A stretch of DNA of 64,000 bases, taken from contig CM022665.1 in assembly GCA_012295275.1 (NCBI GenBank), positions 35,092,001-35,156,000 on the forward strand, in the 5' to 3' direction. The stretch comes from Chrysomallon squamiferum (taxonomy: Eukaryota > Animalia > Mollusca). The translations under genes and the position numbers were made by a program. Below the pieces are notes generated by a model. That model searched no databases, was not told the DNA's origin, and was given only the letters and a program-made list of their open reading frames with translations. Every line of letters starts with the position of its first letter. Position 1 is the stretch's first letter. Below are positions 55,675-64,000 of the stretch, piece by piece.

Positions 55675-56470
55675 TCTGGACCATTTCATGTTGGGAGTGT
55701 TTATACTTTGTTCTTAATTAGTGGTTTAAACTGAGGCTGCTCACTTCCTAATTTGTGATTTAAACTTAGATGTCGGTAAACTGAGGGATGCATCATACTT
55801 CAGTAGGATCATAAATATATCTAGACTGTTTCATATTGGAGTAGATTTTACTTGATTCATAATTTGTATATTTAGTCTGTTTCAGTTCTGTATATGGTTT
55901 TGTAGCAATGTGAAAGAAACCTGAACAATTTTTACTTGGTTCCTTATCTGATTTAAGCTAAGACTGTTTTAATTCTATACTCCTTTTGCTAGAGTCATCA
56001 AAAATATTTGGACTATTTCATTTAGGGACACTTTTTACTTAGTTCCTGATTTATGATTTAATATTACACTGTTTTAATTCAGTATGTTGAGAAGAGAAAT
56101 ACAATATCAGCAAGAGAGTAAACATATCAAAACTGTTTCATAATGTTTTGTTTCTAATTTGTGCTTTAAACTTAGTCTGTTTTCGTTTTATATTTAGAGA
56201 GATATACTCTAATTACACTAGGATTATAACAACAGTTTCATATTGCAGTTGTTTTGGGGTTCCTAATTTGTTTTGTTTTTATACTTAGTCTACTTTATAA
56301 GGACAATTTCATACTGGACTATTTTTTATTCCGAATTTGTTATTTCATTTTGGAGCGGGTTCTTTTCTTTCTTGGCTCCTAATTTGTTCTTTTAATAAAG
56401 ATACATTGTCTTCTGGAACCATTTCATGTTGCAACGTTTTTTATTGGGTTCCTGATTTATTTTTATTTTA
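55675..56470. repeat. Degenerate array of ~10 copies of a ~60-bp unit with variable spacing
   Basis: Consensus close to tggactRtttcatattgga-x-ttttacttggttcctaatttgtgatttaaacttagtctgttt; copies start near 55675, 55744, 55818, 55921, 56006, 56126, 56230, 56301, 56341, 56412. Confidence 0.8.
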
Positions 56471-56541
56471 ACCTGAGAGTTTAAATAAGACGAAAAAAGA
56501 TATTCAGTTGTGGTACTTTCACTGATGCATTTTCTTTGATA

Positions 56542-56613
56542 ATGGCTGGAAGACCAGTGAAACCAAGAAGAAAGGTTACTTGGACAGCAGATACTTACTT
56601 TAGGAAGGATAAG
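56542..56613 (+). CDS. Candidate alternative first coding exon (MAGRPVKPRRKVTWTADTYFRKDK)
   Basis: ataATGG start, purine-rich exon-like composition, donor aag|GTAAAG at 56614, phase 0. No homology recognised. Confidence 0.45.
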
Positions 56614-58734
56614 GTAAAGATTTTAAAATTTGTAACCTTTCTTAGTAATACATTATACTAATGCTTAAATTTTGTTACACTCACTGAAATGGAAGATAAG
56701 ATAAAAGATTGTAATCAACATTTTGTCATAGTCACTGTGGCATTTTAAAGGATTTACTTATTTTTTTAAAACGGTAATATATTAAAAATAATATAATTAA
56801 TACTAATATATTATATTAATAATTAAATTTTATTATAATCACTAAAATGGTAGAGAGTTAATATCAGCAAAAACAAGATGAGATAATAAAATGTATTTAA
56901 GCATTTTGTTATGGTAAGATTTCAGGACAAAATAAAAGGTCTGTGTATTTTATAAAAAAATAAGTAAATTTAAAATGTATTTTTTTGTACTATTAATGAT
57001 ATTATAACAGTAACCTTAAAAATAAGATATTAAAAATGTTATATTTATATTTCCAAAAAGAATGTAGATTTAAAATGTTTATGTACACACACATACTATG
57101 TTTAGTATTCTGTTTATATGCCAGTATTTAGTTGTGATAATTAGAACAGCAAATATGGCTTATTTTTAATTTAGAAATGGCCATATATTACATGTAAAAA
57201 AATATTGTACTTACGCAAGTTTTTATGTTATGGTTGCCAAAATGACATATTTTGGTTAATCTCATCTGCACAGTAATTATTTATTTCAGAAAACAAGAAG
57301 TGTTATTGTCATTTGTACTTTCTTATACTTACGTTTTGATAAAAAATTGTGTAACATTTCAAAACTTTAGTGTGTACATGAGTGTGTATATTATTAGTTT
57401 GCAATAAGAAACTTAAACAGTGATGTCAGAACATTACCGCATTTTTCTTTTATTATTTTTTAATTAATTATTATTATTATCATTACTATTATTATTATTA
57501 TTATTTATCATTCATTTTTAGTTTGCTATTTTACTTCAAATTTTATTTCCAATATAATAATAATAATCTTTTTGTATGATTGTGTGTGTTTGAATATTGA
57601 TGTATGTCAAGTATGTCTATATCCCCTTTTTGTTTTTTTATTTGATAAAGTTTTATTAGTAGTAGTATTATTTCTTTTTTATTTCTTTTCTTTTGTTTTA
57701 TTTCATTTTTGTTTTATTTTATTTTATCATAATTTGTAAATTGTTTGTATTAAATGCTACAAAATTGTCCAACTGTGTTTTCATCTAACCAATTTTCTAA
57801 TAGTGTCACAATTATAGACTGCTTCAATAGACTTGTCATCTGACTGATGATGTTCTGATAACATGTGATGGAAATAGAGATTTAATATCAGATTAAACTG
57901 GTCCATCAGAACTGCAACTCATCACATACTGAAAATATTAAGCATTTTTCATAACCAAAATTAAGTTCAGTGGCATTTCCATTGAAATGCCTGTAATGTA
58001 TACTGTATTCATTGCTGACAAGTTTCTTTTCTTTTTGTCTTTTTTTCTGTTCTTTTTGTTTATTTATTTATTTATTTTATTTCTTTTTTCTTTTTTTTAA
58101 TACTGATATATAAAACTAAAAAAAAAAAAAATATTATTTTCAGAAATACAGATTTAAACTCAGTTTAAAAATAATATACATGACAGTTATGTGTATCTTG
58201 TATTTAATACATTTTGACAACAGTAATGGATTAAAAAAAAAAAGAAGTTGTAAATACTGGTCTTTTGAATAGTTGTTTCTTTATACCGGTATTAAACATT
58301 TTAACAATAACCACAATGGCCAAATAAATAAATAAAAAAAAAACTTTATTTAAAACATTGGTCTTTTGACAAGACATTAAATTTTTAATAATATATTTAT
58401 AAAAAATAACAATAACTTCACTATTGTTTATTTTGCATGTTTTTTAAAACTGGATATTTTCATAATATTTACATATTTTTTATACTTTATTATTATTATT
58501 ACTGTTGTTGTTATTATTACTTCTACTACTACTATTGTTACTACTAATATAAAATCACAATGGGAACCCACTCATAAATATAAATAATTTTTGATGATTT
58601 TGTTAGTAAAATGTTTATATTAATTATAATTTTCAGTAATTAGCTATTACTGATACTTTTGAAAATATATTATATATTTAAAAACATTTAGGATAAGTAA
58701 ATTGCAAAAGGCTAATTCTGCCATTATCCAAATA

Positions 58735-58738
58735 ATAA

Positions 58739-58786
<48 letters not shown>
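58735..58786. repeat. (AAT)n microsatellite
   Basis: Pure trinucleotide run next to the truncation point of the Tc1 remnant. Confidence 0.95.
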
Positions 58787-58787
<1 letters not shown>

Positions 58788-58799
58788 TATACTTAACCA

Positions 58800-59286
58800 A
58801 AAATGTTTAGCAAGTTTCTGTTTATACATGACAATGCTAGACCACATATTGCTAGTCTAACCACTAATCTTCTTGAATGGAACCACATGCATGTTGAACT
58901 GGCCACCAAAGCCCCTGACTTGTTCCCAATTGAGCATGCATGGGACCTACTGGGCTGTAGGGTATGTGAAAACCATCCTCATATCCTTAATGTTCATGAC
59001 CTACAATTACTCTGAACCAGGAATGGAACATAATTTCTGTTCCTGAGATTAATACTCTCATTAGAAGCTAGAGACAATGCTGTCATCAATGCCGCTGGTG
59101 CAAATACACATTATTGAGCCTCTCTCACCATTTTGATAGATGTACCCCTCCATTTCATCAGTTGACATTGTGACATTCAGAAATGCTGTATCACTGAAAT
59201 AATGTTTACAAATAAATTCAACATCCAATCAGGTTGTCTGTATTTTATGTCTTGTACATAATTGCTAAACTTATTTGGCACAGTAT
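58800..59286 (+). mobile_element. 5'-truncated Tc1-family transposon remnant (DDE transposase C-terminus and right end)
   Basis: FIHDNARPH...APDLFPIEHAWDLLG matches the Tc1 QDNARPH...SPDLNPIEHxW motifs; decayed tail ...AGANTHY*; ends in a TIR-like ttatttggcacagTATA. Confidence 0.88.
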
Positions 59287-59684
59287 AATAATAATAATAA
59301 AGTATTAAGTTTTAAAATGTGATGGTGAACAAGGTTCTAAAGAATATGCCATTGATTTCAGCTCTCATACAGATATTATAGAACCACAATTAACAACAGT
59401 GATTCATTGTATTAATCTGGGTGTTGCCTCCACTTTGAAGATCTGAATTCACACAAATATGCAATGAAACCGAACAATTTGTGCCCATGGGAATATATTT
59501 AATTAAGTATAGAGATAACAAACAAAATATGATTTACAAGGTTAAGAAAAGAAAACATTAAACTGGTTTGAATGATCAAATTGGGAAAAAACATTAAACA
59601 TTAGATTTGCAAAAAAATAAATTTTTCCAAATGAATTAGGAGAATAAATTAGAATAAAATACCAGTTTTATTATTAGTTTAGGA

Positions 59685-60467
59685 TAGTGGTTCTCAAATT
59701 TTTGGAAGTTGGGGCACACTTGAAATTTTACAAAAAATTTCAGGCACACTACACACAAAATGCTAAGAAATATAATCAAAATGTGAAAAAACAAACAGAA
59801 ATAACTGAAAGAAGGGTATATACCTTTATTTATCATCTATTTTGTGCTGATGAGAAGTACGTGTCTTGGCAATTTCTTCTGCCCATACATACAGTATGAT
59901 TAGCAAACTCTCATTTCCTCGTCAACAGACTGAAGATTTATTCTTTTTTTGCACTTGATGTTGGTGAGAGTGGAAAATCCTAATTCACATAAATATGATG
60001 TTGAAAATTGCAGTAAAATTGATAAAGCTTTTTTTCATATTGACTGGTATTCTTCTCTGTGAAATCCAAAAAATTTCAAGACTAGATTCCTTATATTTAA
60101 TCTTCAATCCACCATTGGTGAATACAGCTGCTAGTTTTTCTTCTTCAGTTAATGTTAAACTAGCATCATCTGAAATTTCTATGAATGGATTTTGAATCCA
60201 AGCGTATTGTTCAGTGTTAAGTGATGGAAAATATTAATTTAATTTATCTTCCAACTGGCTATTTCATGCTGGATATCTTTCCTCTCTTAACATAATAATA
60301 ATGATCTGCCATAAAGAACATTTTAATGCTGAAGTGTGGATATAATGTACTATAAATCAATTTTTTAACATCACTAATATCTACCTAGTTTCTAGAATTT
60401 TGTGGGGCACACCTAAGCATGTTTCTGGTGTACCAGTGTGCCCAGGCACACCGTTTGAGAACCACTG
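59685..60467 (-). mobile_element. Internally deleted hAT (Buster/Charlie-type) DNA transposon
   Basis: TIRs TAGTGGTTCTCAAA...TTTGAGAACCACTG, perfect 8-bp TSD GTTTAGGA (59677-59684 and 60468-60475), subterminal GGCACAC repeats. The minus strand encodes a hAT C-terminal dimerisation region with stops: YAWIQNPF...EIFWISQREEYQSI*KKALSILLQFSTSYLCELGFSTLTNIKCKKR. Confidence 0.94.
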
Positions 60468-62164
60468 GTTTAGGAGATAAAAAAAACAACAACCAGAAAA
60501 CACCTACAAAAGTGACATGAAAAAACATTTTAGGTATAAAAAGTATCATTATATTAATCACCAGTTTTTAACTAATCTATTCTTTTCTTTCTTTTCTGTT
60601 TCCTTTTTTGATTATTATTATTTTTTTTTTCTAAATTAACAAATTCAAAACAGTCTAATAGTCATTACCTACATGTATCATAGAAATATATATATTTTTT
60701 TTTTCTACCAATTTAAAGCCTACTATTACATTCAACAAGAAAATATTTTATATTATAAACCGTATACAAAGAGGACATTCAGGTGATACACTTTTTTTTA
60801 AACTTTCTACAGAATTTAGTTTAATCATTCTAAAAACCATGTTCTTTCATTTAATGAAGGAAAGTAATTTCTTATCTGAAATTCCTGTCATATCAGTTAT
60901 TGTTCATTGATCTGCAGTTAAGTAATTTTCTGCATGCAGTTTGCCAAGCTCATTTGTCTTTAACATTCATCTGTTTCACACTGTCTCTATCCTTTGACTC
61001 TTCTGGCATGGGTGACTTACCATGAGCCAGACCTCATGCTGGTGTAGCATTCCAAGACTGTTATACATGTAAGCCCATTTAACATGTCAAATGAATGAAT
61101 GAACTGTTGTTTATTTATCAATATTATCAATGTTATTATTAACTGTTATTAATGGGTGTCAGTCATCTACTATAATGTGTTACTCATCAGTTAACAAGTT
61201 CATTCATCTGTATTGGTCTGTCTCTACCTACCAATAGACACAAAATTACATTTATGGCATTTGGTAAAACAGTCATCAAGCAGTGAATAACAATGAATAA
61301 AGACTAGAAAATATTATTTGTATAACTGTATGAAGATGTACAGCTGATTTTTGTCAACAAAGACACTCATACAAATTTTATTTTATATAGCTTCAGTTTT
61401 AAATTTAGATTTAAAAAAATAATAATAATCCATAGGTAATTACTAATGAAGCAAGTGGATGTGTCTGACAGTGTCATAATTTCCTGTGTGTCAAAGTTGT
61501 TATATTATAATCACCTCTTTTATAAGATGTGCTCAAAATTAGTAATCAAAGATGTCTGAAGCAGATATAAATAGTAAAAATTGCATCTACTAGAACAAAA
61601 TCATTAATTAACAACTCTGTACATTATCAAGTCTGGCAGAAAGGGATTACTTTAAAGATGGCTGATGCTGGCACCAGACACATTAACATTTTGCACCACA
61701 GAGAACAGACATTTCTTATATGGCAATCTGCTAGTTCAGTCTTCTTGACTAATTACATTGTCTGTTCTTCTTGATCATCTTCATGAAATAATATCTGATA
61801 TCCTGATATCCTGCGAGTATGAGTTTGTAAAAGGTCAATCAGGAGGAGACCGTGGCTGGATACCAGCCAATCTACATATTAGATATTTATATTTCATTTA
61901 TTATTATATTATGAATCGGAATTTTAATGTTAATTTATTACTTGCTACATTCACCTTTTACTTTTGGTCTTAACACTCTGGATTTTGTTTGCTGCCTATG
62001 ACTGTATCACCCACTGTTTCTGATCTGGTTAAAGAGTAAATTTCTAATTCAACCTGATTTTATCTGATTTCTTATGTTCTATTTTTTGTTTATTTTTTAA
62101 TTATAATAAACACAATGGTAACAGTATTTTAATCTTGTACATTTGAAATTGCCACCTGTTTGCT

Positions 62165-62392
62165 TTCTCTCACTAATCTAAAACAGCCACACTTTATCTT
62201 ACTAAACTAAAATATCTACATTTCATCTCACTAATCCAAATTAGCCTCACTTCATTTCATTAATCTAACATAGTCAATCTTACTAATCTAAAATATGCAC
62301 ATTTACCTGTTAATAAAAATTATCTGCACTTTATCTTACTAATATAAAATAGCCACATATTTTTTGCTTTTTTTTCAAATCTCACTAACCTA
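62165..62392. repeat. Degenerate ~30-bp minisatellite, about 7-8 copies
   Basis: Unit close to atctYactaatctaaaatagccacacttt repeated in tandem. Confidence 0.85.
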
Positions 62393-64000
62393 ATTTTGTT
62401 TTGACTTGTCTAAAATAGAGAAAAGTTCCAATGTTGCAGTTATAAAAACCTAAAAGGATAATCAATAAATATTGCAATGAAATTGACAAAACTCTGAACA
62501 CAATCTGTTGTATATGAATTATGCTGACATAGTGAAACCCACTGGCTGAGCAAGATGTTATTGTTATTATTCCAGTGACAGATTTCTCTAAATTACCTGA
62601 GATAAAAACCTGACCAGCTTGGACTAGTAACAATACAGAGTGGTGCTAATCTACAGTGACAACAATAAACACATTCTTTCAAAGCTAGACACCCTTTGCC
62701 TTTAATTTGTGAGCAGTAAATGAATGTGTAGTTAACCCACAAGGAAGCAAGTACTTTGGTACCTGGATGATAAATGAAATTACTTGCACAACTCTTGCAA
62801 TGGATGTATTGTCAAATATCTCAGTATTTGTATGTGATGTGATATTTTCTGCTTAGAAGAGAAAAAAGTATATGTTTATTTGCAGTGGAAATTATTACAT
62901 AGGTTTGGTTATATTTGATAGCATGTTTAAATATTTTGCAACAATGTTTACACATTTTTTTTCTCTTCAAATTGTATAGAATTTTTATGTGATAACATTT
63001 ATTGTCAAATTTTGTATTCATTTCTTTTGAAAATGTGCAGGAATAGATATTTAGAAATGTTTTTAAATTTTAACATATTTATTATAACTATTTTCAGATC
63101 AATTTTCTAATGCATAAGGTAAATACACTTGAAACTAGCAGTTAGCTATTCATTCATAAAGTAATTTGTATCAGCTTGAAGGTTTTCTGTTTTATAGGTT
63201 CTATAATTATGTGGTTCTGAATATGAGGCTTATGGAAATATTATCAGTAATCAGTTATGTATACTTTAAATATAAGGAAAATAACAAATACATACAATTA
63301 TTAATTACTGTTTCATTAGATATTAACTGTATCAGTTAATAGGAGATGTGTAGAGGAAATTAATTATGTTTTCAAAAGATGTTTATTAGGCGTTTTACCT
63401 CAGCCTTCTGAAAATATTTTACTGGTAATGTGATGAATATTTTTATTCAGGTCTATTAGATTTTTGTATAAAGTATTGGAGTGACTGTATTCACACTAGA
63501 ATCAAATTATTATTATTTTTTTGATTGATTTTAAGGATTTCATTGTTATTTATAATTTCTTTAGTAACTTTTTTTCCTTTTTTTGTTGTGGCTTTTCTTC
63601 TTTTTTTTTTTCTTTTTTTTCAAATTTATGATATACAATATCTAATATATAATAAATCGTAATATTCCAAAGAAATTGAAGATTAATTACCACTGCATTC
63701 AACATAACTGAATTAAATGTAGCTGATTATTTTTGTCTATAATTATCCAGAATTTTAACCATAAATATATAAATATCACAGTACATATATGTCAGTGTAT
63801 AAAAATAATTCTAATAAAAACAGGTGCATTTTAATGGTGTCATTTTCAGTAATTTTAACTTTTTATAATTTTTATAATTCTTTGATGTGAGAGATAAGAG
63901 TTTAAATAACAGCTAGGTGTAAAATAAAACTGGTATTAACAAGAGAGGTGACAGCTGTTCTTTATTCATTTACCAATCAGAATGTTAAGTGAGAGATATA

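Noticed and set aside
55675-56470. CRISPR array
   Set aside because: Spliceosomal-intron context, highly degenerate repeats, irregular spacing and no cas genes.
61658-61870. GC-richer patch with aagATGG start (MADAGTRH...)
   Set aside because: The ORF stops after 38 codons with no in-frame donor or homology; it may be UTR or regulatory but cannot be supported.
4701-63021. Most short ORFs in the supplied track (poly-F/I/Y/K/N, CVCV, HTHT peptides; antisense ORFs over exons)
   Set aside because: They come from AT-rich intron sequence, microsatellites or the reverse strand of real exons, with no splice or homology support.

Overview
Very AT-rich, intron-dense animal genomic DNA (invertebrate; a mollusc, possibly a gastropod, is my guess from protein similarity and repeat types, not verified). 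Two protein-coding genes can be rebuilt by hand. The 3' ~90% of CEP290 lies on + (51 exons, 426..27886, 5' end outside the window). A complete CCT2 (TCP-1 beta, 16 exons, 530 aa) lies on -, tail-to-tail with it. From ~41 kb on there is a third, unidentified + strand gene seen only as several candidate alternative first exons. Four transposon remnants are recognisable: a Tigger/pogo with TIRs, a LINE RNase H fragment, a Tc1 3' end and a hAT/Buster element with a perfect 8-bp TSD. No rRNA, tRNA, CRISPR or recognisable snoRNA/miRNA was found. Main oddities: (1) one reading-frame break in CEP290, probably an assembly error; (2) duplicated exon starts in two CEP290 introns, one resembling intron birth by tandem duplication and one a stop+AATAAA alternative last exon; (3) a GC-AG intron and an ATG-only first exon in CCT2; (4) a ~12 kb CpG-retaining domain between divergent promoters; (5) a degenerate repeat array before a candidate first exon encoding an RVxF motif. 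I see no strong evidence for a wholly new biological system. All coordinates were read by eye.
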